Assembly (NCBI RefSeq): GCF_009914755.1
Contig: NC_060948.1
DNA length: 64,000 nucleotides
Source of the DNA: the human T2T-CHM13v2.0 reference genome, Homo sapiens
Reading direction: 5' to 3' (one strand)
Shown: piece after piece, positions 29,590 through 46,042 of the stretch
Numbering within the stretch: the stretch's first letter is position 1
Layout of the letters: the number at the start of each line of letters is the position of its first letter
Made by a program: the position numbers and the translations under genes
The notes under the pieces: generated by a model
Database searches by the model: none
Seen by the model: the letters and a program-made list of their open reading frames with translations, nothing else
What the model was told of the DNA's origin: nothing

Positions 29590-31358
29590 AGAACTTTGGT
29601 CTTTATGGTGACTTAAATCCTAGGGAAGATTTAAAAGATAGTTTTGGGGGTGATTAAAAAATTATAAAGGAGGCAAAGGAAATGTAAGTAATATTGGTTT
29701 ATCATCCAAATAATTGCATGACACAAAATTCTAAAATCAATATCTGGATTGAACAATTATTGACAATAAAAGGGAAGTTACTGTGATGAAAGGAAAGTAT
29801 ATTAGAGATTTAATTTAAAAATAAGCAAATGTGCTTAGCCTAAGAAGAAATATGTAGTTAAGGTATGTGGAAGCTACATAAGGTAGGACTGGTGAGAACG
29901 GTAAAAGGTAACATACTCTGTGAAAATTATTTTGTCGTTTCCTCACATGGAAGATGTTGTGTTCCTCTGTCCAGATCTTGTGTGCATGGAGTTGATGCTT
30001 TACTGGAGGTTGGGAATGGCAGTGGTTCTCCTCACTCTCTTCTTCCAGTTATGAAACAGCATAGAAGCAACCCATTCACCTGGAGGTACAACAGTGTCCT
30101 GCTACCCACAACATCATGGATTATGCAATAGATAAATCATAGGGTATATTTTTGTATATCTGTTATCACAAAAGTGTTTCGTCAACTCTGACAGAAACCC
30201 ACATATGGTTTGGGTGTCTGAACAGACTATGAAGTGACCTACACAAAAGTTGCCATTGATAGTGTCATTTCCTCCCTCTAAAAATCAGACAGAAGTAGAA
30301 TGATTAGTTCTTATAGTTCACACCACCTCTCAGTTTTAACAAATTTTATTAAAATCTAAATTGTTGTTTAACTGTGAATTATAAAAACTGGTCATTGGTC
30401 ATTGTAACTATTCTCAGTTTCAGCCTCTGGGACTTGACTCCAGAGAGTATTCTATGTACTAGCTGTCCAACTGCTAAGAGAGCACCTCACAGTTTTTTTC
30501 ATTTTGGTTAGCATCCCACTTCCTCTGCCATTTCTGTTTTTGTCAGTGAAGACTGACAAAATCTTGGAGGATTAACACTTGAAAGTTTGTTTCTTGCCCA
30601 TTCAAAATCTATTGCTGCTTGGGTGACGCTGTAGGGAAGCTTTGCTCCATGAGGAGACTCAGGGATCCAGGTTGCTAATATCTTGTGCTTCTGTCATCTT
30701 AGTAGGTGGCCTTCCCAATGGCATCCACAGGAGAAAAGAGTTGAAGGATCACTTGGCAGCTTTTCCTTACTTCACTGACCTAGGGGTCAGCTTGTAGAAC
30801 AGGCCCCATGTCTCCACACTGACTTGACGTGGGGCTAAGAGGCAGTCTCCCCATATGTTCAGGAAGAAGAAAGTGAAACAGCCTTACTGAACACATAGAA
30901 GTGATTTTCCTACTGCAGGCAGTGATTTTCAAATTTGTTTTAAAGCTGAGGAATATTTCAGATGAAATTTTATGAGAAGCTAAGTATGTCAGAGGCATAA
31001 AAGTTGCAGTGCTTGGGTGAAACTGGAACAGAGGACTGCATTTGGAAACTACTGACATTTAGTAAAGCCCCATGAAACCTCATGAACAGCTGGAGAGAAA
31101 GGGCAGACTCTGAAACAAAAGAATAAAAGAACATCTGAGCAAACATCTAGTTAGTGCAGACTCTAGGCAAATTAATATTTAACAGACATTCATAAGTACA
31201 AAATGTAGGCACATGAAGAGAAAAATCAATATGAGCCTTGGAATTTTAAAAAATGGTTATTTGATATTACAGCTATATGAGTGGAGGTTGAAGGAATTTG
31301 CCCGAGTTTATAGATAAATGTAAACTAAAGGGGCTAATTTATTATAAAATTTGGATTG

Positions 31359-31758
31359 TAGACATGACCACATAATGACATTTTGGTCAACAGTGGACCA
31401 CATATATGACAGAGGTCCTATGAGATTATAATGGAGCTGCCTTATAAAGCTGGATGTTTGTATCTTTTATACTGTAATTTTTCCTGTTCCTTTTCTTTGT
31501 GTACATATGACTAGATACACAAATACTTGCCATTGCTTTGCAGTTGCCTGAAGTACTCAGTACAGTCACATGCTGTGCAGGTTTGTAGCCTAGGAGTAAT
31601 AGGCTTTACCATATAGCCTCGGTAGATAGTAGGCTGCACCATCTAGGTTTGTGTAAGTGCACTCTATGATGATTGCACAATGATGAATTTGCTTAATGAT
31701 GCATTTGTCAGAACTATATGAGAACTATGTCTCTGCCACTATATGATGCATGTCTGTA
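31359..31758. mobile_element. Tigger3a/MER7-like TcMar-Tigger DNA transposon remnant
   Basis: ggtcaacagtggaccacatatatgac...cagtcacatgctgtgcaggtttgtagcctaggagtaataggc...; ends in ctg TA. Confidence 0.8.
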
Positions 31759-33127
31759 CTTGAAGTGTTGATGTAAAGTATACTCTTCATTGGTATTGTA
31801 ATATTTTCATCAGAGAAAGAGTAAAGAAAAAATATTTTTTGGTGTTGTGTGTGTGTATGTTTGTGTATACATGTATGTGTAAAGTAAATATATATGTGTA
31901 TATATGTAAACTAAATACGTGTTTATATATATGTGTATGTATGTGTACTTTACACACATATGTATTTAATTTACAAAGAGATAAATTATTGATCCTGATT
32001 TCCAAGGGAAGCTGTAGGAGATATGCATGTATAGCAGCAGCAAGTATTAATGTAAAGAATAAAAAATTTTCTACCCAGGGATGGATAATAGCCACTGAAA
32101 GTCCTTTAAGCAACTATTTATTGGTCTGTCAGAATCCAGGTAAGATGTGGGCTATTTGTCATGATTTTCACAGATTTGGGCTGACGGGCACATGCTGGAG
32201 GGGTTGTGAGTCGTTCTTGGGCAATATGCCTATAGTCTGGGTGCCTGTCCTGGGTAAACATTGGGGTCTGTGGGTAACCATAGCTCCATCATGTCATGCC
32301 CATGCTGACAGCCTGTCTTACCCAGGCACCAGAGACTGCAGAAACCTATCGGATTCTGCTCACAGTAAAATGGTATGGTGAAGGATGTTGTGCAATTCCT
32401 GAGAGAGGAAGGAAGACTTTAAGCTGTCAGTCACACTCCTGAACATTTATTTCAAGTATTATTTTCACAGAGATACTGCAGAGTTATCAGTGCCAGTGTT
32501 CAGCCCACACAGCTAGATGCAGGCATTGCAGGGGTGGCCACCTGCCTCCTGGACATGGTGCTTGATTCAGAACTATGCATTGTAGGTGGCCCTTTGCTAG
32601 CCTAGTGTGTGGTGGGTTATAATATAGGATCATTATGACTTCCTAAAGGTAAACAAAGAGGGGAAAAGGGAGATAGTCTAGGACTACATGGGTAGACAAG
32701 TGATACCTCAGACTTTGCATAAGGAAAATCCCAGAGGTGCTTATTACAGCTGAAGATGGCCAGGATGAACTCTAGGGACTGTCACAGAGTAGTCCTGAAA
32801 TGAGACTTTGCATCAGCATTTTAATAAGCTTCCCAAAACATTCTAAACTGGGTGTTTCATAGGACACTCTAAGAAACACTGGGTTTCATATACATGTATG
32901 AGCTTTGGCCACTATGCTGAAATATTGCAATTATTTGTCACCTAGATTTTTCTAGAACTTGATGCCAACATGTAAAAGCTTTGGAACTTAATAAGATACA
33001 TCATTCAGTTATATCATCATCTAATAAGATACACACAGATATGTGATTGAAACAAAAGCTTACAGAAATGATCTTTCTCTTACTAGGGTAATTACCCTAA
33101 TATTTTCTACCCCGGTTTATTCTGTTT

Positions 33128-33159
33128 TTTGTTTGTTTGTTTGTTTGTTTGTTTGTTTG
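33128..33159. repeat. (TTTG)8 microsatellite
   Basis: Direct count. Confidence 0.93.
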
Positions 33160-34315
33160 TTTTATGATCTGGTTGTGGAACTAAATTAAATTCATGATGT
33201 ATCAATGGGTCACAGTCTACATGATTGACCATGTTCTTACCTGGTGTGCGAGCTTTACTGTGTTTGATAAACAGGAGCATAGCCATTCCAAGATGGAGCA
33301 ACACTCTGGGAAGAATGTCAGGCCAGTCTATTTAAGGCATAAAACAACAGTGTGCTGTTTGTCAAATTTGCTGGGAAAGCTGGACATCCTTATATTAGTC
33401 TTCATCTACCATGAATCTCTCAAAAGCATACAGAGTGGAGATTAATAAAATGTCCTTCATATAATGATGGTCAAAAATGACCCTGGGCTTCCAGGCTGAA
33501 TCACCTTGTATGACATGTATTTTGTGTGAAATTATTTAATCTGTTAGGTATGTGAATATTCATATGATTAAAAGGCATTTTAATGGCTTCCTTAGTATAT
33601 AATTTTGGGAGGGGACCAAAACAAATTTGATGATCATGAGGACATTGAAGCCTGACAAGCTAATATTTATTACCTCTAATTATTCGGGAGCTAAGATTTT
33701 CTTTTAGAACTAGAGATTTAAGATGTTCTAGCAACATCAAAGTTGGAGGGATGGTTATTGAATTACAACAAAAGAGTTTTTTCTTTAAAATAGGTGATTC
33801 TAGTGTAGATGGCTATTATCCACATTGGAGCACGCACTGCATGGTTAATATTAGTGAAAATGCTAGCATTTTGAACACTGTGATGCCATTCACAAACAGC
33901 TTCTTACGTACATTATCTGAAGATACAAAGATTTAAAGCACATTGTTACAATCATCCTTGGGTAGAGCTGTCTATCTGTGTTAGATTAGTTATCTAATTC
34001 TCTGAATATGATATCCAAGAGTCCTGAGAGAATGGCCTTGATATGCTACCAAAGACCTAATATTTGTGACACCACTATGTTCAGAAAACATTCCTTCAAT
34101 ATCTGAAGACACATTTATGTGTGTTATTTCATTATCAAGAATATCCTGAGCAATTTAGCCAGGTCTTACAACTTTTGTAAGAAATGGAGGTAGAGTTATT
34201 CAGCAGCTGAAAATGGAATGCCTGATTAAAGCAATGGTAGTATTAGTGGAATTTATTCAAACGCTTTTGAATTTAAGAATTTCCAGTTGCAACTGGTGCC
34301 TTGTTTAGATATTTT

Positions 34316-34318
<3 letters not shown>

Positions 34319-34362
<44 letters not shown>
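34319..34362. repeat. (AT)22 microsatellite
   Basis: Direct count. Confidence 0.95.
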
Positions 34363-34366
<4 letters not shown>

Positions 34367-36525
34367 TTATGTATTTGTACACAGCTTTTTCTCAGTTCAT
34401 CTGTCAAAGGTGGGAGGAAAATGATTTAAAATTCTTACTTCTAAAATTTACAGTCTTTCTCTATGCTGTGTTGCTGATATGATTTATACTCAGGGGTTTG
34501 CTCCTGAGATGCTGGCTTGTGATATTAGTGTATGAATGACAAGGGGGCATAAGGCAAAGATGCTTCATTGGTTTGTGATTCTTGAAAATGAGGTCCACAT
34601 AGTCAAACCCAGTTTGTGGCCTGGGATTCCATGCACATATTTTCAAGTTGAGGAGAGTGATGATTTAGAATATATAAACATGCACTCCACAATCTTTCAC
34701 CCTAATTGTCTCATTGAAGGATAATAAATTTATCCTTCTATTACTAGAGAGTTGGATAATTAGCTCACCATATGTTATATGCTGCATAGTCACACAGGAG
34801 ATGGGTCATCTTGCATACACTTTAACCAGAAATCCTTGTTATTCTTGCAGAGAGGAATGAACTATAAATTTCGTGAAGATACCCAATGCTCTGTATGTGC
34901 TCTGCAGATTCATCCCATTATGACAGTTTTGGGTTTTGCCATTCCTCTCTTCATTTCAATGCAAAACAGATACAACTTAGGTGCACAGCAGAAATGGTAA
35001 CACAGAATGGGACATGTTCAAGTATAATGTACACCATGAAGTGGTTGCCAATTATGTATCAGGTGCTGTGGATACACACATTGCTTTGTGTACCTTCCAT
35101 ACCCATTGCTTCCTTCATACCACATAACAACCTCATAAGGTCGGTAAATAGATGTCTCATCACGAAGAAACTTTCAGGCTGAAGTCCTTTGATTTCAGCC
35201 CCACAGGTAATAAAGAGTAGAGGCTGAATTTAAACAGAGTAAACTCAATCATCTGAATGTTGGAATGGTCCACAAACAGTTGGGGGATTCTCTTCTCCTC
35301 CATCCACTCTGGTGCGGTAGACTTACTGAGTGAGGATTAGCTGGAAGAAGATTAGGGCACTATATGGGTGTCTGAACACCTTTCTCTAGATAGAAGAGTC
35401 TAGGTCCAATGCTTAAGGAAGGAGAATGCATCTCTTTAATCCTCGTAGATAAGTTTCAATGTCAGTATTGTTGTCATTACCATGGTAATGGAGAAGTACC
35501 TGAATGTTCTGATAAGAAAATAAGGGGTACATGATGATGGGTGAAGTTAGCAATGAATAGGTTATGTTATCCAATTATGGGATTTATAGATTTATCTGAA
35601 ATTTGCCATAATTAAAGTTTCAATTAAAAACTAATAATCTGTAGTCACTCTCAATGTAGGCTAACTCTTGTTCTTTATCAATGATTTTTTTAGCAAAGGG
35701 TTTATGGGTACCAAATTGAAAATTTGAAAATGATGTAGAGTTCTGTTTTTAATCTCTGACTTCCTGCATAGTAACATCTCCTATTCTGACTATAATAAAC
35801 CCTGCTCCCTGACAACTCTCCACAGAAAAACAAAACAAAACAAAACACCATGACATCAGCATGATAGAAAGTATCAGTAACCAAGGAGTTGGGGGTTGGA
35901 GGGAAATAATCTTCATGAAAAGATTATACCCCTAGTGGAGAACTGTGGAAAGACTGTCTCCTCTACCATTTCCTATCATCTGTAGTTTAATGGTAAATAA
36001 ATACTCATTTCTATAAGCATTGCTTGTATAATCATAATCCCCTAAAATCTATGATAGATAGTAAATGTATTATTGGAAAATATATGACTTTTTGTCCTGG
36101 TCTATGTACTGCCATCACCATTTGGCAAGGTCACAATCCTGAAATGCATTTATCAGATACCTCCAGCCTATCCTCTCCCATTTCCAGCTGGACTCCAGTG
36201 TAAGTGGCTGTGATGAATAGCTGTGATTTGGCTAAAAGTGTCTTTTGAATAAAGTGATCTTTAGGAGATTTCATTACTTTAGATAAGAGTGTAAGCCAGA
36301 AAGGAATGGGGTGATATTGATTTTAATTCATGGTAAGAAAAGTAAATCAGATTAAACTTTAAGGGCAATACACGGGATACAAACAGATGCTCATTCAAAA
36401 ATGGAAAAGTTAAATAATTAAAGAGTTGTCATCAAGAGTCACATTATTATATAACTGTAGATGACGCATGATTTGTTTTTAACTTTTGTGGGCCTATGAG
36501 ATAATGTATTTGAAAATGAAGGTAA

Positions 36526-36967
36526 CAGGCACAATTACTCATGCCTGTAATCCTAGCATTTTGGGAGGCCTAGGTGGGAGGATAATTTGAGCCCAGGAGT
36601 TTAAGACCACCTTGGGTTATATAGCAAGACTCTGCGCCTACAAAAACTAAAGAGACATTAGCTGGGCATGGTGGTGTGTGCCTGTAGTCCCAACTACTCA
36701 GCCGGCTGAGGTGGGCTAAGGTGGGAAGATTGCTTGATTCCAGGAGTTTGAGACCAGCCTGGGCAATATAGTGAGACCTTGTCTCTAAAAAAATAAATCT
36801 TAACTCGACATGGTGATGCACATCTATAGTCTTAGCTACTCAAGAAGCAAAGGTGGGAGACTCTCTTGAGCCTCAGAGTTGGAGGCTGCAGTGAGCTAAG
36901 ACTGCAGAACTACACTCCAGCCTGCCCAACAGAGCGAGACCCTGTCTCTGAAAAAAAAAAAAAAAAG
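36526..36967 (+). mobile_element. AluJ-like element with three monomers
   Basis: Two caggagttt..gacca units followed by a right arm and poly(A). Confidence 0.8.
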
Positions 36968-39881
36968 CTGGGTGAGGTGCTTCTTTTTTTTGTTTGTTTG
37001 AACCCCTGGTTTCTGCCTGAGCATATCATAACAATATAGGTTCTGAGGGATATTTATCTTTTGCCATACTAGATCCAGTGGGTCCATGCCATTCCCAACT
37101 CACTGGGGCATAAGGAATACTTAAACCTGACCCTGGAAATGCCCCTCCAACCATAAATTTCTGTATCTCTGAATATCATACCTGTGAATAGCTCGAAAAC
37201 CTGCATGTTTATGGAAAACATTCACAAATGCTGTCATGCTATGTGAACCTTTGGAAGCTACCTCTTTCTAGGAGCAAATTCTGACCCCTGCCAGGTTGAG
37301 ATAAGTTCTCCTTCTCTGAATTCATTCTCTGCAGTGCTGAGTAGGGGCACTTAAGACAGCTTAGATTAGCTGTCAATGCTCTTGTCTGAACTGTGGATTG
37401 CTGATGGCAGGGTCCGATCCAGCCTCCTTTTGTATTTCTAGTGCCTGGTATCATGTGTCAGCAGAACATTTGCTTAGTAACTGCAAAACTCAGATGGAAG
37501 ACATGAACAGCTGGATGTATAAATCCACCTGCTGCACATAGAGGTGGTCACATGAACTTCAGGGAGGGTGGGGAGGCAGCGACTGTTGATACCGCTATCT
37601 GATTTATGCCATACTCTAATTACCAGCAGCAAAAGGTAACCAGAAGGAATTCACAGACATCCCTACTTGCATTCCCATTATTCCCTATGTCCACTGCAGT
37701 TGGAACAATACTACAATAATAAAGGTCAGACACTCAGATGAAGATTATTATTCTGAATATCTTCAGAATTATATTTAATGGCAGACAGAAAAAAATGCCT
37801 TAGGCATCTTCTTGCCTGCATTTTTATTCGTGCCTCTATAGGACATAAATCTTTTTTGTTCTGAGATTGGAATGATTACATGTTCCTGGAAAGGCTCAGG
37901 GCTGCCTTCAGTGTTTTTAACAAACGGAGCACAGGCATGTAGCAGCTGAAAGTTCTATCTTTTTGCACAGTGTGAAAAACAGTGGCAATAAATTTTCAAA
38001 ACAGTTCTTTACTGAAGTACTCCAGCTAATAAAAAAGGAGTTAAGCTGTTATTGAGAAATCTTTCTCCTACCAACTTGCTGATATGTCATTCAGTTTTCT
38101 AGGTCATAGAGAAGAGAGCCCAGATCTCCTCCCTGAGCCTGGGTGTGAAGCAAATGACCTTTCCTGATCTCTCAAAGGATACTACAAAGCAAGAATTCCT
38201 TCACCCGGGCACAGGCTGTCAATTACACCCTAGGTGTGTGTGGGAAATCTGGTGATTTATGTCTGTCTAGCCAACATTCCCATGCACCATTGATTTCATT
38301 TCTGTTTCCAGATGGTAAATCTTGGAACAGTATTTTTGCAAGCCAAGTATGCTTTTCTGTGTTTTCTGGGTTTGTTTTTGTATCGTCAAACCTAATCAAC
38401 TCTACTCGATGCACAGAGTATACACAAAGATGCTCGTATCTCTGATGTCACCTATAGGATGAAAAACCACTGCTTTATAGAGAGATGTTAGAAAATGAGT
38501 TATATAAATATGTGAATTGTGAGAACAAACACATTAATTTCCTTCTCCCTTTCTAAGGGGGATTCCCCTGCATTCCAAGACAAAGATCATGTTCATAGCC
38601 TTGATTGAACCCGGAGTTAGATCTCTGACTCATCTGCTATTGAAGTCCTCATGAACTGGCTTGTATTTCATGCTCTCTTATTTATTGGTTGTACCATCTT
38701 TATCATTTATTTCTTTATTTCCACCTCACATTTTAATATGCTTCAATTTTACAATCCTGTCAATCATGTTGGCTGGTGTCTGTTTCTTGTTTATCATTCT
38801 TTGTTGTTGTTTTTTTTTTTTTGAACTTTTGAACAAGAGGACAACCATCCAAAATTGGAGAATCCAAGTTGAAACATGCAGTAGCTCTTCCTGCTCAGCA
38901 AATTCTGCCAGTCACATGCTATATGACCATGCTTGGGAGATTGAAATTTTAAGCTTTCTCATCTATTTTCTTTAACTTTAAATCTAAAAATAAATGGGAG
39001 AGCAGATGAGAGAGAAATTGCAGTGAGACTATTCTCATACATAATGTAACTATCTAATTAGGAACACAAAGATTGTAATTTCATATTTGTTTTGAGGAAT
39101 CTAAGCGAGTTTAGGAGAACACAATCTGCTTCTGGGGAAGGAGGTGCAATTTGCCCAGGTGTGAATAAACTTTCCCCATAATAAGTAGGATGGAGGCCTC
39201 ACAGTCTGCCCTGGGTGGCCAAATTCTCTAACATACTGTGGCTCCATTTCAGCTCCTCCAGGTTCCTCAAGGGCATCTTCTCTTAGAAGGAGCCAAACAC
39301 ATGGCTCAGTAGAGAGGCTCATATGTAAGTCATCAGCTAGGATGACAATTACAGTGCTTCCATCTAAGCAGTAGTATGTCCTCTTTTCTTTCTGAGACAT
39401 AATGGTGAATGTTACAGACCAGGTCCAGTGGGCTCTCATTGCATGCCTTCTTATTCCAGTTACTGTGAGAGGAGAGACAAACCCCTGAGGAATTTGTTCT
39501 TTTTTTTACTTTCTGGGCTGTGAGATATTAATTTCCTTGCTTTATATTCTTGTAAAAGATGGGGAGTGGGACATAAATTGCCACAATGTACTGGAATAAT
39601 AAAACATGGTACTAGTTATTACCAACAACTTGTTAGATTTAATCTGCCTATTTTCAGAGAACTGGAGATACCTGGCTTAGCTCTCACCCAAAGTGTGCTG
39701 TTCTGTGTTAATTTTCTGTTTAACAGGAGTAGGGGTTAATAAATATAAGGATTGACCTTAAATGGGAAGTGTTACAGCCATAGGTGTGAGCAGTTCACCT
39801 AGAAGGAAACACATGGTCTGGAGGATCCCAAGGTATATTGACATTAGCAAAATACAAATGCATTTAGAAAAGCATACATCT

Positions 39882-41098
<1,217 letters not shown>

Positions 41099-42242
41099 AA
41101 AAAAAAGAAATCAAATTCCTGCCCTCATCCATTCATTGATTCTCTCATTTGTTTGGCAATATTATTAAGCATCATCTACAGGCCATGCATGGTGCTAGGG
41201 CTTGGAGATTCAGTGGAAGGCAAATGCCCCATGGTGCTTTGCTCTGATGGGACTGCCTGGAAAAGGGGAACAGGCTCTCAGAGAATGTGGCATTGGAGAT
41301 GGCTTCTGAGTAATGACTGCTTACCAGGGAGAGGAGGAAGTAAGTTTTAGGTTGAGAGATGATGATGTGCAGAGTATTGAGCTGTGAATATGCAAGCTGT
41401 GTTTGGGACTGGTTATCACATTGGGGTAGAAGCTGGGCTGTGTGAGAGTGTTGGCATCAACATAAGGCTTCATCAGGACTCTTCATGTTTTGTTAATAAA
41501 TCTGAAGTGTAGTTATTTAAGGAACCCACCCAAGTTCACAGAAATAGTTAAAGCTTGAATCAGGGTAAGAAGAAGACATTGGGTAGTGGGCAGTGAGGCA
41601 GGGGCTGTCATTAAGGTGTTTCCCCTCTAAGCATTGCAGCTTCTTGCATGAATCTCTTAGAGCTTCCTCCACCCCTAGGGAAGTGGACACTTGTCCTGTG
41701 CCCTGATAGCCTTCAAAAAGGCCTCTCACCCAGTATTGTCTTTTAGCAGAAAGAAATTGCTAATTATTTCCCAGATGAGGGGTAAAGATTGAGCCTACAA
41801 TGTGAAACTGAGACACAGCACTAAATGCATCTCTCAGAGGGCAACCTGAGGTGATGAAGCAGCCTTGGGACTTACTGATCTCTATCAGCAGACTCAGTTG
41901 TGAAAACTCAGACCTCCCTATAGCAACATTGCTCACAGCCCATTGTAGCAAGGGCCATGCATTGACAGTGACTTATAACTCTTGAACATCTGTGCATTGT
42001 AATCAATTCAAATGAAGGAGGTTTAGGTGCCCTCTGAATTTAGGAATACATTGGCAGTATCATTCCTCTCTCGATAGGTTTGGGCCAATTGAATGAGTGT
42101 TCTATTAAAATTTTGAATACTCTATTCAAAATTTCAGTATTGACCATTGAGTGTTCACTTTATACTTGTTGTATTATAGAAGCAGGTAGAACACAAAGTT
42201 GAGTTGGACTTAAAATGGCATTGATGAAAGTAGTTGACAAAT

Positions 42243-42720
42243 GAAGGTACACAATGGAATACGATTTACCTTTAAAAAGAAGGTAATGCTGTCATTTGTG
42301 ACAACATGGATGAACCTGGAGGACATTCTGCTAAGGGAAATAAGCCAAACACAGAAAGACAAATACTACAATATCTCACTGCTTTTTGGAATCTAAGAAG
42401 AAAGTTGAACTCCTAGAAGCAGACAGTAGAATGGCAGTTACCAGGGAATCGGGCTAAGAGAGTGGATGAGGAATGGGGAGATGTTGGTCAAAGGATAAAA
42501 AGTTATAGTTAGACAGGAGGAATAGTTAGGGTATGTATTGCCTTGCCTGGTGAGTATAGTGAATTACAATGTATTATATGTTTGAAAATTGTGGTGAGAG
42601 TAGATTTTAAATATTTTCACCTCAAAGAAATGACAACTATACAATAAATGAATATTTTAATTACCTTTATTTAATCATCCCACAAGTGGACATATATTAC
42701 TGCATTGTCCACAACAAGTA
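42243..42720 (+). mobile_element. Ancient L1M 3' end fragment
   Basis: acaatggaatac...gtcatttgtgacaacatggatgaacctggaggacatt...aaggataaaaagtt. Confidence 0.8.
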
Positions 42721-43282
42721 TATATGAGAACTATTGTGTATATCAATTTATTTATTTCAAATTGGTATTTGAATTTTTGTATATATATATTTCATATATA
42801 TATGTATAATTATTTGCATATATCAATCACAATTTTTAAAAGATGGTATTTTTTAATAATGTGCATATATTTGTGTATAATTTTTTTCCGAAAGAAAATA
42901 CTATTTTCAGGGTGCTTGAATTCATTTTAATCACCGCATACAGAAGGAAAAAGAGAATTTAAAACAAAACAAAAAAACAAATACAGACAATTTTCTATTA
43001 AATCTCTTTCTGAGTTGGGTCTTTGGGAGATGTGTCAGTAACATAATTCTTCACTTACTGATCCATAGAAGGTAACAATAAGTCACTTCATAGAGACAAA
43101 ATAGAGACTTACCTTTCTCTGACAGAAGATACCATCAGGAAATTAACTTGTAGTATTTTGTGAATTTTCAAATAGCCTGCTATGATAATAGGTGGATCCT
43201 AATCAGAAGGGTGGCAGACATACTCACATTGTCTGTGGTCTTTTTTTCCTCCCTTTTTTTTTTTTTTTTTTTTTTTTTGCAG

Positions 43283-43419
43283 GAACACTGAGACTCCTTT
43301 CCTGCTTGTCTTGTCCTACCTCCACGTGCACATGGCCTTGTTCTCCAGCAAGGACTTTGCCGGCAAAAGTAAACACGGAGTCTGTGGGGATGCTGTTGAG
43401 GAAATGGACTGTAGTGTGG
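43283..43419 (+). pseudogene. STSP1: STS-like exon 6 (137 bp), reading frame still open
   Basis: T25 tract, acceptor gcag|G and donor G|gtatgt. Reads [45 protein letters not shown]. Confidence 0.95.
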
Positions 43420-43602
43420 GTATGTCTCTCCTCGGTGAATACTTAGAAAGCTGCTAAGTCTTTGCTTCCTTGTGTTTTCTTTCTTGTCTATTTCCACCTA
43501 TGTTTCTGATGCCTTTAGAGACAGCAAGTGTATGGTGTTTTTTGAAGGTAACCAAAAATGCATTGATCCTGAAAGGTAAAGAGAATACAAAAAGCACCTT
43601 CA

Positions 43603-43810
43603 CCAGCCAGGGCAACATAGGGAGACCCCATCTCAACAAAAAATAAAAAAAATTACCCAGGTGTGGTTGTGCATGCTTGTGGTTCCAGCTACTTGGGAGG
43701 CTGAGGTGGGAAGATGGCTTGAGCCAAGGAGGTTGAGGTTGAGCTATGATTCTACCACTGCACTCCAGTCTAGGTGTCAGAGTGAGACCTGTCTCTTTAA
43801 AAAAAAAAAT
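43603..43810 (+). mobile_element. Partial AluJ-like
   Basis: End of left arm, right arm and poly(A). Confidence 0.85.
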
Positions 43811-44389
43811 CTTTGCCCCCATGTGCATGTCTGCAGTTGCCAGTGGATACATTGCAGGGGAAGTCTAGTCTGTGGTCTGAAGATGGAAGAGATTCATGAA
43901 GGAGAGAAGACAAAACATTAGTCCTTATTATCCCTTATTCTATCAGCAATGAAATATGAACAATGTCTTGTCATTATCAGTTAGATGTCTGGATCTTAGG
44001 CAGATAAAAGATGAAGGGGGTGAAGGGGAGGTTAGAGACTTGAGGCTTCTTCAGTTTAGCATGTCAAAATGCCATCTTTGGGGATATCAGTTGCTGAGTC
44101 CCAGCATGTAACCTCATTTTGTGCTGCCAGTGGTCTTTGTGCAGCAGGTGATGTTCTCATCATTCCCATTCCACAGGAAAAAGGCAAGCGAGGCTTGCAA
44201 GTTAAGTACACCCACCTCAGGTTACAGAATTCATAATGGATGAGCATGTGTTCAAATGCAGGTGTCCCACCTAGAACCTGAAATCTACATGACTTTATTC
44301 TTTTTCTTCCCATATAACAAGAAAGTGTGTATTATGTCAGTGCAGTCAACAACGTATCTCCAGGAAAGAGCCAGTTCATTTATTAGTCA

Positions 44390-44667
44390 TGTTGACTGGA
44401 TGTCTTCACACCTCCCTGTCTGTCTCTGATCTTTGCTTCCATAATCTTGTCTCCTTCACTTACTCTGACACACCCGCCTCCCTCTTATAAGGACACTTGG
44501 GATTATGTTCGGCCTGACTGGATAATCCCACATCATCTTCTCATCTCAAGATCATGAACTTAATCTGCAAATTCTTTTGCCCTGGGGTGTAACATGTTTG
44601 CCATGGGGTGTAACATCCCAGGGATTAGGATGAGGGTATTTTAGGGAGGTCATTATTCAGCCTACAT
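44390..44667. mobile_element. MaLR LTR fragment (MLT1-like)
   Basis: cctccctcttataaggacac...ggataatccca...cattattcagcctaca. Confidence 0.6.
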
Positions 44668-46042
44668 GAACCCACAATACACTATTTCAAGCTGATGCTT
44701 CTTTTAACTTTTTTTTTTTTTTTTTCAGCATTAGCTGAGCCACTTTCATGGTGGATCAGGCATCATGCTAGTTATTGGAGATATTCAATAAGATCCAGAC
44801 TCTGGCTTGTACAGCGTATGCTTTGGTACATAAAACACACATATCTAACATCTAATATTTATACTTAGACATATCTAAATGTATGTAGACACACCTATCC
44901 TTTAATCTCTATATACATTAGGCCTAACTAAAGTCTAATATATACATACCTAATGTCTATGTTATGTGACAGACATTACATGACACACAGTATTGCTGAT
45001 TTCACAAAGTGATATGATACCCAAAATGATGTATTAGTTCTAAGGGTTGGAACTCTGCAGCCAAACCTGCAGTGGATGTGGGTTGAAGGTACAAGAAGAG
45101 ATGATGCCTTAGCCAAGAAGGTAGGGTGTATCAGAGCTTACATGCAAAGATATGAAAGAATAATATAGGGAATGCTTTTATCTAACAATTTGTTTAGAAA
45201 TGTTGATTATCTTCTGTGTTTCCGGCATTGGGCCAGACACAACACTAAACATCAAACATGGTGTCTGCCTTGAAGGAAGTCATGTTGCAGTAGGTGGGTG
45301 GGTAGGTGATGGCGTGAAGCCTAGAAGACTGGTGAAATTTGATAAAGGTGCTGACACTTGTATGCACAAGATACTAATGACACAAAGGGAAAGAGAGCCT
45401 CACTTGGCGGTGGTTCCCAGGAATGTTTGCAAAGGAGATGTGGCTAGAAATGAGGTCACCAGTGGGTCTGTGCATCTGCTCTTATTCTCCTTCTATCTGT
45501 TTCTGCCTTTCCAACCCCTTGCTCTCTTTCAACATGCTGGAAGTGAGAAGAAGCAAATAGCTTGTCATGCAAACTGCAATTTGCTCAGGAAGGCCAGACT
45601 ACACGACGCCTGAAGCAAAGAGAAAGAGTGCTCTGTAGCATATCCTTTGGGCCGCAGGTACCTTATGAAACGATATACTTCTATTTACATATGCATGTGC
45701 ACATCTGGAGTCCTGTGACAGGCTGAACAAATGGGGGAAGGAACTAACTCCTACATCTTTTTTGACCTGGCACCTAGCACAAAAAGATGCCTGTTGCATC
45801 TGGATGACCTTTATAGGCTTCTCAGACATCCTCCCAGCCTCTTCCTTTAGGTCTCATTGTTACATTGCTCAATGCATTATGCATTATCAATATGTAATGT
45901 GGGTTCTATTAATGAACAAATGTGTTTAATCTGAACAGGAATAACCCCAGTAAGCTATCACTCTTTCAGCCCTTCTCTGTGTACTACGTTATTTTAGAGT
46001 AACAAAAAGTGGAAACATGTACTTCTCATATATGAAGACTTG

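Noticed and set aside
31839-32381. 180-aa ORF
   Set aside because: Begins in TG/TA low-complexity sequence, non-ATG start, no recognisable domain.
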